This document shows, in pieces, positions 1 through 9,807 of a stretch of 64,000 nt of DNA. Every line of letters starts with the position of its first letter. The first letter of the stretch is position 1. The notes under the pieces were generated by a model. It was given only the letters and a program-made list of their open reading frames with translations, had not been told where the DNA came from and searched no databases. The stretch is taken from assembly GCA_052390235.1 (NCBI GenBank), contig JBQTHB010000006.1, positions 256,001 through 320,000 of the forward strand, read 5' to 3'. The position numbers and the translations under genes are program-made. The DNA comes from Deltaproteobacteria bacterium. GTDB taxonomy: Bacteria; Desulfobacterota_D; UBA1144; Nemesobacterales; CSP1-2.

Positions 1-916
1 CGTCGTTGTCGGCAAAATCATCGCAGGTTAGCTCTCTAGAGAATTCGCATTGGAAGGGCTGACCTTCTTGCAAGGGGGAGGATCCTACAGTAACTCCGTC
101 GCAATTCGAGTCGGCGCAGTCAATAAGCCCGTCGCCGTCGTTATCGGCGAAATCATCGCAGGTTGACTCGGAAAATTCGCAAATAGCCTGACATGGGCCC
201 ACCTGTCCGACGCAGTCGAAATCGGCGCAGTCTATAAGCCTGTCCCCGTCGTCGTCCATCCCGTTTGCGCAATTTTCATTCATGCCGGGCGTAGGGGAAG
301 GCTCGGGGGTTATTATTGGGGATGTCGTGGGCGTGGGTTGAACGCTCGGCGTTGGCGCTGGGGAGGTCTGAATTACGCACAAGCCAAGCGAGCAGACCCC
401 GCTAATGCCGTCTATGGAGCAGACATCGCCGCTGCAATCTGGGTCGGCGCAATCAGTTAAATCGTCTCCGTCGTTATCCTGTCCATCGCCGCAGACCAGT
501 TCTATGCCCTCGCCGGGTACAAGCGCGCAGGGGATTACCACTGCGTTCTCTCCGGGGAGAATTTCGGTGTTAATACCCCCCATGCAGATGACCGTCTGAT
601 TTGCGTCCGTCCCTACGACGGTAATGGCGAGGGGCCCAAGCGGGAAAAAGATTTGAACCTGAGCGGTTAGCCCGCCGACAGCAAAGGATTCTTCAATTGT
701 TTCAGAGCCGGACAGCCCCGAAATTGTTACAGAAGTAATGTCCTGAAACTGTCTCGGAGAAGAACCAAAACCGCCAGGGCAAAAGCCCTCGTCAAATCTC
801 AACGAGACCCTCAGCGAAGAGCCGCCAGAAATTTCGCCGCCACCACCAGCTCCTCCGCAGGATATGTAAATCATCAGCGTCAGCATTAACGGAGCAAGGA
901 GGAGTCTCTTATTCAA
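1..916 (-). CDS. Secreted lipoprotein with Pro/Thr linker and Cys/Asp-rich repeats (CxDxxDNDGDxLxDCADxxC); runs off the window start
   Basis: Not in the ORF track; translated by hand. TTG at 916 after GAGGTGA RBS, MNKRLLLAPLMLTLMIYISCGG lipobox-like signal, open frame to position 1, three complete repeats plus the start of a fourth. Confidence 0.8.
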   Translation of the reverse strand, partial: MNKRLLLAPLMLTLMIYISCGGAGGGGEISGGSSLRVSLRFDEGFCPGGFGSSPRQFQDITSVTISGLSGSETIEESFAVGGLTAQVQIFFPLGPLAITVVGTDANQTVICMGGINTEILPGENAVVIPCALVPGEGIELVCGDGQDNDGDDLTDCADPDCSGDVCSIDGISGVCSLGLCVIQTSPAPTPSVQPTPTTSPIITPEPSPTPGMNENCANGMDDDGDRLIDCADFDCVGQVGPCQAICEFSESTCDDFADNDGDGLIDCADSNCDGVTVGSSPLQEGQPFQCEFSRELTCDDFADND

Positions 917-974
917 TTTATCACCTCAAAGTTAAATTTACTCGGATGAACCTAACCACTAGCGATTGTGCAGA

Positions 975-1772
975 TTACTGTCCCCCGGGAGATGGCGGAA
1001 TCACTATATCCACTGGCGCTCTGCCTTCGGAATCAACCCCCGGAAGCTGGTCTGCGGGCTGTTCCAGCGGGAGCTCCGGCAGAGAGCGCAGTACAGGAGA
1101 ATCGTCTGAAGCCGGAGTGTTAGGGTCTTTGCCCGGATAATCTTCATACAATGAGTCCCTGAGCGGAACGCCCTCTTGGAAGTCTGTATCGCTGAACTCT
1201 TCTTTTAATTTACTGCTGAGTGCCTCTGGGTCGGAAGGGTCGCCATCTATGATTCTCGTACACTCGCCAGAGTTAAGCAAAACCTCTCTGGTTTTCCCCT
1301 TCACCGACACTGCCCCCTCGACGACGCAGAATATCCCCTTGGCGTTAACGAGCAGAGTCGTTCCCTTCACGCCGGCGACGGCGTTGGGGGTGGCGTACTC
1401 AACGGTTGACTCGCCTTCAATTCTCTGCACGATGGATTTGAGCTTTCCCTTCGTGAGGGTGGATAAGGACTTTCTTTTTCCCGGATTATAGGCAAATTCG
1501 GTGATTTCAAACTCGGCGTTTGCTCCGAGAGAAATTAAAGTATCGTCCTCAAATAGTATCTTAGCCCCGGAATCGTCTCCAGTTTCGATTAAATCCCCAA
1601 GATAGGCTCTCGCGCCTTGCTTGACCTGCTCTAGGGTCTCTACGCCCGTGATTTTAACCTGCCCATTGGCGGCTGTAATCACCCCTACGGGCTGAGGGGA
1701 CTGGGCATTGGCGACTGAAAGCCATAAAACCGAGAGCATTATATATGATAAAACAACAGAGCTAATTTTCAT
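975..1772 (-). CDS. FecR-domain periplasmic protein
   Basis: Signal peptide; GDLIETG...AKILFEDDT and TPNAVAGVKGT motifs typical of FecR domains. Confidence 0.85.
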   Translation of the reverse strand: MKISSVVLSYIMLSVLWLSVANAQSPQPVGVITAANGQVKITGVETLEQVKQGARAYLGDLIETGDDSGAKILFEDDTLISLGANAEFEITEFAYNPGKRKSLSTLTKGKLKSIVQRIEGESTVEYATPNAVAGVKGTTLLVNAKGIFCVVEGAVSVKGKTREVLLNSGECTRIIDGDPSDPEALSSKLKEEFSDTDFQEGVPLRDSLYEDYPGKDPNTPASDDSPVLRSLPELPLEQPADQLPGVDSEGRAPVDIVIPPSPGGQ

Positions 1773-1801
1773 GTTTTCCCCGTACCTCGCGGATAAACTT
1801 T

Positions 1802-3310
1802 TTAGAACCTAACGCTCAGCGTGGCTGAAACCACGTTTCTCGAATAATCGAACGGCTCGCCTGCAGGAACGTCGCTGTCCGAGAGGTTTGAAATGTGCTG
1901 ATAGCCAAAATCAACCGATAAATTCTTATAAACCTTCTTTGACACTACGACCCTGAAGCGAAGCTCATTATCAACCCTCTCGAAGGGGTCGTTGTGGTAA
2001 TCCTCTCTGGAATAGCTCGCATCGGAGAAAACCACGAGGTCATAGGGAAGAAGCAAGAATCCCTCGACGAAAACCCCCGGCGCGTAGTAATCGAAATTGC
2101 GCCTGCCCGCTATGTCATCGGCGCTGTTGATTTCAAATTTAACCCCCGGCCTAATGAGCAACTTGCCATCCCGAAGGAGGAACGTCTGGGCTAGGACAAC
2201 GGCATTATTTACGGCGTCTCTTTCGGGGAAATCCTCAAAATCGTCGAATCTCAACTGATAGGAGAGGTCAGTACTGGTGATATTGCTCCATTTAACTGTT
2301 ATCTTGGGGCTGACCAGATGGTACTGAGAGAATAAATCACTCGCAGGAGAGCCGTCTATTAGCACAACGTCGTAGGCGTAATCGAGTCTGAAGGAGACGA
2401 GTTTCTCGGCTAAAGTAACCCTCTTTTCCCCATACACGCCGAAGCGGTGGTCTTGGATGTTGAACTCGTCCAGGTCGTTATGGAAAGAGAAATAGGTCTT
2501 ATAATCTAAGCCTATTACGGCATCGGGTTTCAAATAGGGCTTAAAGCCGAGGTTAGCGATGAAAACCCCGCGCACGTCGCTTTGGTCTGTAATTTCAACG
2601 TCGTTAGGCTCAAGCGAGACGTTGTCGTCGAACTGGGCGCCCACGCTGACCAAGCCGTAGTATTTTTTGGTGAGCCTCTCAATGGCGGCGAGATAATCTA
2701 TCGAGGCTTTGGCAAAGCTAGTTTCAGGCTGGAGCGTGCGGACAGTCTCGAAGTCAGTTTTTGCGGTTTGATATTCGGCAATCTGGTAGTGGCTCGCCCC
2801 CTTGTAAAACTTGGAAGGAAGCAATACCTCGGAGTCGAGTCCCGCCGCTTTATCTAGGGACGCGGCAGAGGCTTGATATTTGCCGAGCTGATACTGCGTA
2901 TAGCCTAGGTTATATTGGGCGAGGCCGCTTTTAGGGTTTCTAGTTACGGCTTCGGTAAATTCCGCCTCTGCCATGGCTAGGTCTCCGGTTTTAAGATAAA
3001 CAGCGCCCAAGTCGAGATTTATATCCATGATATTCGGGTCTAGGGATTTTGCCCTCTCGAGATATTTTATTGACTCCAAGTCCCTTTCCATCTTATAGAG
3101 CGAGAGTCCAAGAGCGTGATGAGCCACGGCGCTCTGAGGATTTTCAGCAATAGCCCGCTCGAGGGAACTGACGGCTTCGGGATAATTCTTATCCAAATAA
3201 CCGGCGATGCCTTTGTTTAGGTTCACTTCGAATTCCGCAAAAGAGGGATAAGACAGTGTTAATGTTAAAACGGTTAGGAGAAGACAGTTTCTTAGTTTCA
3301 ATCCCGCCAC
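1802..3310 (-). CDS. TPR-repeat plus outer-membrane beta-barrel protein (Slam/DUF560-like)
   Basis: Signal peptide, N-terminal TPR repeats, amphipathic beta-strand C-terminal half, terminal Phe (LSVRF). Confidence 0.75.
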   Translation of the reverse strand: MAGLKLRNCLLLTVLTLTLSYPSFAEFEVNLNKGIAGYLDKNYPEAVSSLERAIAENPQSAVAHHALGLSLYKMERDLESIKYLERAKSLDPNIMDINLDLGAVYLKTGDLAMAEAEFTEAVTRNPKSGLAQYNLGYTQYQLGKYQASAASLDKAAGLDSEVLLPSKFYKGASHYQIAEYQTAKTDFETVRTLQPETSFAKASIDYLAAIERLTKKYYGLVSVGAQFDDNVSLEPNDVEITDQSDVRGVFIANLGFKPYLKPDAVIGLDYKTYFSFHNDLDEFNIQDHRFGVYGEKRVTLAEKLVSFRLDYAYDVVLIDGSPASDLFSQYHLVSPKITVKWSNITSTDLSYQLRFDDFEDFPERDAVNNAVVLAQTFLLRDGKLLIRPGVKFEINSADDIAGRRNFDYYAPGVFVEGFLLLPYDLVVFSDASYSREDYHNDPFERVDNELRFRVVVSKKVYKNLSVDFGYQHISNLSDSDVPAGEPFDYSRNVVSATLSVRF

Positions 3311-3505
3311 CTTGTGTCCTTAAGGATTTAAATGAAGAAAAGCCGCGCGCCGTGATACACAACAGCCCAGCTTTCAGCTTACAACTATAACTTTTTATTG
3401 TCAATACTAAGCCGCAAATCTCGTAGCAATCGGCGCTCACCCGATAAATTAATCCCGCATACAAGTGTTGACAGCTAAAATCGAACCCTGTATTTTGTAC
3501 TCGGT

Positions 3506-4852
3506 ATGAGCGAATATAAAGCGTGGTTTCAGTGCATAGACGATGAATGCGGCGAGCGATACGCCCTTAACGAGATAGTCTATCGGTGCAAGCGGTGCGC
3601 GAACTTGCTCGAAGTGGCTCACGACCTCGCGCCCCTTCGGCAGAGAAGCGCGCAGGAGTGGAAGAAGATTTTTGACAGCCGCTACAGACGCCAAATTTGG
3701 CCCCACGGAAGCTCGGTTTGGGGGAAAAAAGAGTGGGTATGCCCCTACGTCGAGGATGCAAACATCGTCTCGATGTACGAGGGGGCGACGAATCTGTTCT
3801 GGGCTGAGCGGTTCGGCAGGCAAATTGGGGTTGAAGACCTATGGATAAAGATGTGCGGCAACAGCCACACGGGCTCTTTTAAAGACCTCGGTATGACTGT
3901 TCTCGTATCGGTGGTAAAGCAGATGATAGCCGACGGCAAAAGTATCCCCGCCGTAGCCTGCGCCTCTACCGGAGACACCTCAGCCGCGCTATCGGCGTAC
4001 TGCGCCTCAGCCGGGATTCAGGCTATAGTGTTCCTCCCCCGAAATAAGGTTTCAATCGCCCAGCTCGTTCAGCCCATAGCAAACGGCGCGCTGGTTCTAT
4101 CGCTCGATACGGATTTTGACGGCTGTATGGAGATGGTTCAGAAGGTCTGCACGGAGAATAATATTTACCTTGCAAATTCTATGAATTCGCTCAGAATCGA
4201 GGGGCAGAAGACCATAAGCATCGAGCTGTGCCAGCAATTCGACTGGGAAGTGCCAGATTGGATAATCATCCCCGGAGGCAACCTGGGCAACATCTCAGCC
4301 CTCGGAAACGGATTTCTCATGATGTACGAGCTTGGGCTAATAGACAGGCTTCCCAAACTCGTCTGCGCCCAAGCGCAGAGCGCGAACCCGCTGTACTTGA
4401 GCTATCTGAAGGGATTTGAAGAGTTCCATCCGGTCAAGGCGCAAAAGACCCTCGCAAGCGCCATCCAAATAGGCAACCCCGTGAGCATCAATAAAGCGAT
4501 AAAAACGCTCGTCAAATTCGGCGGCATTGTCGAGCAAGCCAGCGAAGAAGAACTCGCAAGTGCCTGCGCCCTAGTGGACAGGACGGGGACCTTCAACTGC
4601 CCTCACACGGGGGTAGCCATCGCCGCGTTTATGAAACTGCTGGACAGAAGGGTCATAGGCTCAAAGGACAGAGTGGTCATCATCTCGACGGCGCACGGGC
4701 TAAAATTCGTGGAGTTTAAAGTGTCGTATCACCAATCCGAGCTTGAGGGGATTTGCTCGAAATACGCCAACGCCCCCGTAGAACTTCCGCCGGATTTAAG
4801 CCGGATAAAAGAGGCGATATTCCACAATATCAAGACCGACGCGCTCTCTTAG
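3506..4852 (+). CDS. thrC: Threonine synthase
   Basis: [14 protein letters not shown]-lysine motif, [19 protein letters not shown]. Confidence 0.95.
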   Translation: MSEYKAWFQCIDDECGERYALNEIVYRCKRCANLLEVAHDLAPLRQRSAQEWKKIFDSRYRRQIWPHGSSVWGKKEWVCPYVEDANIVSMYEGATNLFWAERFGRQIGVEDLWIKMCGNSHTGSFKDLGMTVLVSVVKQMIADGKSIPAVACASTGDTSAALSAYCASAGIQAIVFLPRNKVSIAQLVQPIANGALVLSLDTDFDGCMEMVQKVCTENNIYLANSMNSLRIEGQKTISIELCQQFDWEVPDWIIIPGGNLGNISALGNGFLMMYELGLIDRLPKLVCAQAQSANPLYLSYLKGFEEFHPVKAQKTLASAIQIGNPVSINKAIKTLVKFGGIVEQASEEELASACALVDRTGTFNCPHTGVAIAAFMKLLDRRVIGSKDRVVIISTAHGLKFVEFKVSYHQSELEGICSKYANAPVELPPDLSRIKEAIFHNIKTDALS

Positions 4853-4874
4853 GAGACTTATAGCGCGAATATCT

Positions 4875-4897
4875 ACGCAGGGGGTTATCGCCCCTAC
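4875..4897. repeat. GTAG-type REP-like palindrome between convergent genes
   Basis: Minus strand reads CGTAGGGGCGATAACCCCCTGCG, a hairpin starting with GTAG. Confidence 0.4.
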
Positions 4898-4910
4898 GCC
4901 CTCAAATGCC

Positions 4911-5828
4911 CTAATCCCTCAGTTCTTTGCCTGTGAGCCGCAGGAAAACGTCTTCTAAATTTGCGGGGCGGCGCAGAACCTCGGCGTCTTTGGCAGAAAT
5001 GAGCCTGCGCCCAATTTCATCCCCGTTTTTGGAGAATATGTAAATCGTATCGCCGGCTCTCTCAAAGCTAAACTCAAGCCCTCGTAGCTGGGCTAAAATC
5101 CCGTCGTCCTGCACCCTGCGTATCTCGAAAACGTCCCCTCCGGCATATTCGCGGATAAGCTCCCTTGGATGCCCCTGGCTGAGAATTCTGCCCGAATCCA
5201 TGACGGCGACCCTGTCGCAGAGCTTTTCGGCTTCTTCCATGTAGTGTGTGGTGAGAATCATCGTAACGCCGCGCTGTTTGAGCTCGCGAACCCTCTGCCA
5301 GATGAGATGCCTCGCCTGGGGGTCGAGTCCCGTGGTAGGCTCGTCGAGGAGGAGTAGCCTGGGGTTATTAATGAGGGCGCGGGCTATGACGAGTCTCCTC
5401 TGCATTCCGCCGGAGAGTTTCGTTACCTGTTCGCGGCGGCGCTCGTCAATGCTCAGGAACTGTAGAAGCTCCCTTGCCCTGTCCTCGGCTTCGCTCTTCG
5501 GAATGCCGAAATAGCGCGAATACAGCGCGAGGTTTTCCATTACGTCCAAATCGGGGTCTAGGTTATTGTCCTGAGGGACGACGCCGATTTGGGATTTTAT
5601 TTCCCTTGCGCAATCTCTCACGTCCATCCCGAATACCAAAAGTGTCCCTGACAACGGCACGGAGCGGCAGTAAATCATGCTAGTCGTCGTGGTTTTTCCA
5701 GCCCCGTTGGGGCCCAGAAACCCGAAACACTCCCCAGCAGGCACGGAGAACGAAATACCGTCAACCGCTTTTATGCCGTTGAAACTCTTGCGCAAATTCT
5801 CGGCCGAGACTACAGGCTCTGGAGTCAT
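4911..5828 (-). CDS. ABC-2 type transporter ATP-binding protein (NodI/DrrA-like)
   Basis: GPNGAGKTT, LSGGMQRR, LLLDEPTTGLDP. Confidence 0.9.
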   Translation of the reverse strand: MTPEPVVSAENLRKSFNGIKAVDGISFSVPAGECFGFLGPNGAGKTTTTSMIYCRSVPLSGTLLVFGMDVRDCAREIKSQIGVVPQDNNLDPDLDVMENLALYSRYFGIPKSEAEDRARELLQFLSIDERRREQVTKLSGGMQRRLVIARALINNPRLLLLDEPTTGLDPQARHLIWQRVRELKQRGVTMILTTHYMEEAEKLCDRVAVMDSGRILSQGHPRELIREYAGGDVFEIRRVQDDGILAQLRGLEFSFERAGDTIYIFSKNGDEIGRRLISAKDAEVLRRPANLEDVFLRLTGKELRD

Positions 5829-5844
5829 GCGGAAATAATACCCA

Positions 5845-5888
5845 TAAAAAAAGAAAAACGGGCTAAGGATACTCCCTCCCTAGCCCGC
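5845..5888 (-). terminator. Rho-independent terminator downstream of 5950..6825
   Basis: CGGGCTA...TAGCCCG stem followed by a T-rich run on the minus strand. Confidence 0.7.
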
Positions 5889-5949
5889 TGCGTATAATCT
5901 CTGTCCATCTCTCTCGACACGCAGACGAGGCGCGCCGGAACGGAGAGAA

Positions 5950-6825
5950 TTAGGTCCCGAATCTCACAATTAAATCAACTACGAATCCCACGTTGGCAAA
6001 ATCCGTTATCTCGTCGCTCCCGAAGGGAATCTGCACCCCTGCGCCGAGGCTTATTATCTGCCCCCCTAATCTCACGCCGGGGGTGATGTAGCCGCCTGTG
6101 ATGTCGTCGCTAGAAGATACGGAAGAGGCAAATAGAACCTCAAGCAGAAAAGACGTGGAGAACGGAAGGGGTAGATTCGGCGATATGCTTGCCGTAGCCC
6201 CGTACTTTAGGATGAGTTCGCTGCTGTCTCCTTCGATTTCATCGGCGCTCGTGAGGATTTCGGCGTCGAAATTAGCTTGAAGGGCGACAATCCCCTTGCT
6301 GAGTCCAAGCACAACGTAGGGTTTGAGGGTTAGAGCGTCTTCTTGGAAATAGGAGAAATCCCTAAAATACGCCTGCGCCGCTAGAGAGCTTAAATCGTCG
6401 TTGTCAGCCGTGGGTAGAATCACCTCGAAGCCGCCCGTGAGGATGGCAGAATCCAAATTTAGAAGAGCTACTTTGCCGCCGACCCCGATATTGCCAAGGT
6501 TATAATCCCCGTCGTTGCCAGGGCCAAAGTCTGTTACGCCCGCAAAAGGAAACTTGGCATAGACCCCAAGCAAATTCTGATACAGATTAACGTCTGCCCG
6601 AATCTGATTCATAAATAACGAGCCGGAATTATCGAGGTCAATAAACTCGCCGTTCGCCCTAATGCCGGTGATAGAGTACGGATGCTCCAAATTGAATGAA
6701 ATTGGAATATCCGTCCCCGCCGCCCTCGCCTCTTTTGTGGGAACAAAAAGCGCGGAAGCGGCTAAAATTAAGCAGATAAAGCCAAAAATCTCTCCTTTAT
6801 CTCTCATCTCTCTCTTAACCTCCAT
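5950..6825 (-). CDS. Putative outer-membrane beta-barrel protein
   Basis: Signal peptide, alternating beta-strands, aromatic residue near the C-terminus (IVRFGT). Confidence 0.6.
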   Translation of the reverse strand: MEVKREMRDKGEIFGFICLILAASALFVPTKEARAAGTDIPISFNLEHPYSITGIRANGEFIDLDNSGSLFMNQIRADVNLYQNLLGVYAKFPFAGVTDFGPGNDGDYNLGNIGVGGKVALLNLDSAILTGGFEVILPTADNDDLSSLAAQAYFRDFSYFQEDALTLKPYVVLGLSKGIVALQANFDAEILTSADEIEGDSSELILKYGATASISPNLPLPFSTSFLLEVLFASSVSSSDDITGGYITPGVRLGGQIISLGAGVQIPFGSDEITDFANVGFVVDLIVRFGT

Positions 6826-6933
6826 AAAATTATTGTACGTCCATTCTATCGAATCGCCGCCCGCATTTCAAGTGTTATATGTGAGCCTAGGAACTTTGCA
6901 ATGAGCCGCCGAATGGGCTATATTCACCGCTTG

Positions 6934-7563
6934 ATGATGAAATTCGCCCTCCGAGGACTCTACGTTATCACGGATAAAAAGCTCATCCCTAGGGAGAGAT
7001 TCGCCGAGTCGGTGGAGGCGGCAATCAGAGGCGGGGCGAAGATTCTCCAAATTAGGGAGAAAGACACCCCGAATGAGGAAATTATAAGGCTCGGACTGGA
7101 GCTTCTAGCCATCGCCCGAAGATACAACGTGCCGCTCATTGTGAACGACTCCCCGTGGCTTGCGAAGGAAATCGGGGCGGACGGAGTGCATCTCGGCAGG
7201 GGAGACGCCGAAATTGCCGAAGCTAGGAGTATTCTTGGCAGTGAGGCGATAATAGGCATCTCCTGCTACGGCGACATAGAGCGCGGAATGAACGCCGAGA
7301 GGGAAGGCGCGGATTACCTAGCATTTGGAACTCCCTACGACACCCCCACGAAGCCGGGGCGCAAACCCACGCCGTTTGAGGTTCTGCTGGAGGCAAAGAG
7401 GAAATTGACCGCGCCGATATTTGCCATCGGGGGGATTACGCCCGAGAACGCAAGGGACGTGCTTGAGATGGGAGTTGACGGCATAGCGGCTATAACGAGC
7501 GTTTTCGGCGCGAGCGACCCTGAAGCGGCGGCGCGGCGACTTGCGGCGCTGTTTTCCAAATAA
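6934..7563 (+). CDS. thiE: Thiamine-phosphate synthase
   Basis: LYVITD, QIREK, IVND, ADGVHLG, TPTKP, AIGGIT. Confidence 0.95.
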   Translation: MMKFALRGLYVITDKKLIPRERFAESVEAAIRGGAKILQIREKDTPNEEIIRLGLELLAIARRYNVPLIVNDSPWLAKEIGADGVHLGRGDAEIAEARSILGSEAIIGISCYGDIERGMNAEREGADYLAFGTPYDTPTKPGRKPTPFEVLLEAKRKLTAPIFAIGGITPENARDVLEMGVDGIAAITSVFGASDPEAAARRLAALFSK

Positions 7564-7589
7564 GCCGACTGAATGTTGATAACTACTGA

Positions 7590-8420
7590 GGTGTCATTCC
7601 GATTGTCTCACCTCTGCTATTCCCAACGCCTCACCCTTTGTCATTCCGAACGCCCTCCTTTGTCATTCCGAACGCAGAGAGGAATCTTCCAATAAATTAG
7701 AGACAGAATTCAGTACAGGGGGGGCTGGAGTGAAAACTCTCGCTCCCCTTTTTTATTGCCCGTTCGACACAGATGAGGATGAAGTGGATTCCCGCTCTAA
7801 AGACTGCGGGAATGACAAACAGGCTCTGCTATTCCGATTGTCTCACCTCTGCTACTCCCAACGCCTCGGCCGTGTCATTCCGAACGCAGAGAGGAATCTT
7901 ATTCAGGACTTATCGTTATCGCTATAAGATTTCTCAGTTGCTAACGCTCCCTCGAAATGACAACAGGGGGGCGACGCAAGATGGCGCGGGAGGGTTGTCA
8001 TTCCCGCAAGTCATCTGAGCGGGAATCCAGTTTTCTTCTACAGTGAGCAGAGCCTTCATAGTGAGTCCTCCGACCAAGCTCAGCATAAACTCCGTCAAGC
8101 TCTAGATTCCCACTTGCGTGGGAATGACAGACGAGGCTCCGCCCGCCCGTTCGACACAGATGAGGGTGAAATGGATTCCCGCTCTAAAGACTGCGGGAAT
8201 GACAGACAGGCTCTACCATTTCGATTGTCTCACCTCTGCCATTGCGAGCAGCCTCGGCCGTGTCATTCCGAACCGCTTCACCCTCCTGTCATTCCCGAAC
8301 GCAGAGAGAGGAATCTGATTCAGGATTTATCGCCCTCCGACTCCGCTCAGGGTGAAGATTTCTCAGTCGCTACCACGCTCCCTCAAAATAACAAGAGGGA
8401 AGCGGCGCAAGATGGCAGAT
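7590..8420. repeat. Mosaic of REP-like palindromic elements with an imperfect ~390-bp duplication
   Basis: GTCATTCCGAACGCAGAGAGGAATCT at 7662 and 7874, variant at 8288; TGGATTCCCGCTCTAAAGACTGCGGGAATGACA twice; GCCCGTTCGACACAGATGAGG at ~7758 and ~8146. Confidence 0.85.
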
Positions 8421-8508
8421 GAGAATTAATTGAGGGACTATTTATAAAGAAGCAGGTCAGGGACGGGTTTTGCGCCCGCCCCCGTTATCGCTAATTTCCA
8501 ATTCAGAA

Positions 8509-9582
8509 TTACTTAAACAGCCCCGAAAAATCCACTCCCTCGCGCCTGGTTTTCACCCTCTCTGCTAGGGCATGAGAGATTATCGGCAGGGCAATTGTAG
8601 CCTCGCAGTAGCACTGAACGAATCCGCCCTGCGGGTCTTCCTTCCCCCACGAGATTGCCTCTTCAAACGTGCAGCCGGAAAGCCCTCCCCACTGAGGCGA
8701 GTCAGTCGTAATCTGCACGGCGTAGCGGTGAGGATAGTAGGTCTCAGGGGTGCTTTCGCGCTTTAAGCCGTTTTCCCTGTGGGGAACAGCCATGCCTTCG
8801 TAGAGTAGTCCCCCTGTTACGGCAAATAGTTGAATGAAATCCTTTGGCACGCCGCCGCCAATGTAAATGACCCCGGTTTTGCTCACTTTCTCGCCGAGGC
8901 GCATAAACTCGATGTAGTCCCTAATGGCGTCTATTGTGAGCGTAAATCCCTTGCTTTTGGCAATGAGCGCGGCGTCTCCGTAGGGGCTGTCGGCGATGGC
9001 GGGGCAGAATATGGGAACTCCGTTTTCAGCCGCCGTGGCGACGATGCTCTTTATATTTTTCTGAGACAGCCATAGCCCGAAGTGATGTAGAAATTCGCGG
9101 GATGAGTAATTATATCCCTCGTTGAGCGTCATAATGAACTCGGCTATGAGTTCGGTCATCTCAAGATAGTCGTCTTCCCTTCCATAGACGTCGTAGTATC
9201 TGTTGTAGCCCTCTTGAAATAGCTCTTCGTTGTCCACCACGTGGCTTCCCTGAACATATCCCCTGCCCATAGCGTCAACAATATCTTCGGAGATGTTCGC
9301 CCCCGTGGGAACGAGAATGTCAATAAAGCGGTTCTCGATGAGCCAATTGATGATTTTCCACTGCCCGGTCGTGGAGAGCGAGCCTGCGTAGCCGAGAAGT
9401 ATCGTCGTATTTTCATCCTTAATCATCTGCTGTAGAACCTCGACGGACCTCGCAAGGCTCTTGCCCTGAAATCCAGTCTGAGCCATATCCGCAAGAAGCT
9501 CGGATACGGTCTTTGGGGCTGATACCTCAATTGCTTTGACCATGCGGGGCTTTACGCTCACCACTTTGTTTCTCTTTGCCAA
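8509..9582 (-). CDS. Deoxyhypusine synthase family protein (probably homospermidine synthesis)
   Basis: GFQG, TGANISED, GGGVPKDF, GGLSGCTFEEAISWGK with the catalytic Lys retained. Confidence 0.9.
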   Translation of the reverse strand: MAKRNKVVSVKPRMVKAIEVSAPKTVSELLADMAQTGFQGKSLARSVEVLQQMIKDENTTILLGYAGSLSTTGQWKIINWLIENRFIDILVPTGANISEDIVDAMGRGYVQGSHVVDNEELFQEGYNRYYDVYGREDDYLEMTELIAEFIMTLNEGYNYSSREFLHHFGLWLSQKNIKSIVATAAENGVPIFCPAIADSPYGDAALIAKSKGFTLTIDAIRDYIEFMRLGEKVSKTGVIYIGGGVPKDFIQLFAVTGGLLYEGMAVPHRENGLKRESTPETYYPHRYAVQITTDSPQWGGLSGCTFEEAISWGKEDPQGGFVQCYCEATIALPIISHALAERVKTRREGVDFSGLFK

Positions 9583-9609
9583 TTCTTACATACCTCCGTT
9601 TGATTTAAT

Positions 9610-9647
9610 TTAAGAAGAGCTATAATAATTAAGAAGAGCTATAATAA
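9610..9647. repeat. Perfect 19-bp tandem duplication in a divergent promoter region
   Basis: TTAAGAAGAGCTATAATAA twice. Confidence 0.9.
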
Positions 9648-9807
9648 TAATGCAACTATCCGAAATTTATATACTTGCGCGGAAAAATTTTTTGCCCTCG
9701 AATACGACAATTCGGAGCGCGGAAACCGCCAGCCGCCGCGCCGAAAATGAGCAGTTGGCAAAGGCGCTCTGGGTATGTTAGATTATCCCAAGAGAGGGGA
9801 GAGACAG

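Noticed and set aside
7590..8420. Possible CRISPR array serving the cmr operon
   Set aside because: Repeats are irregularly spaced, occur in both orientations, and the intervening sequences are themselves duplicated; this fits REP/BIME elements, not repeat-spacer structure.
7730..8422. Four short ORFs (7730, 7773, 8114, 8118)
   Set aside because: They are translations of the palindromic repeats, with no RBS or protein-like features.
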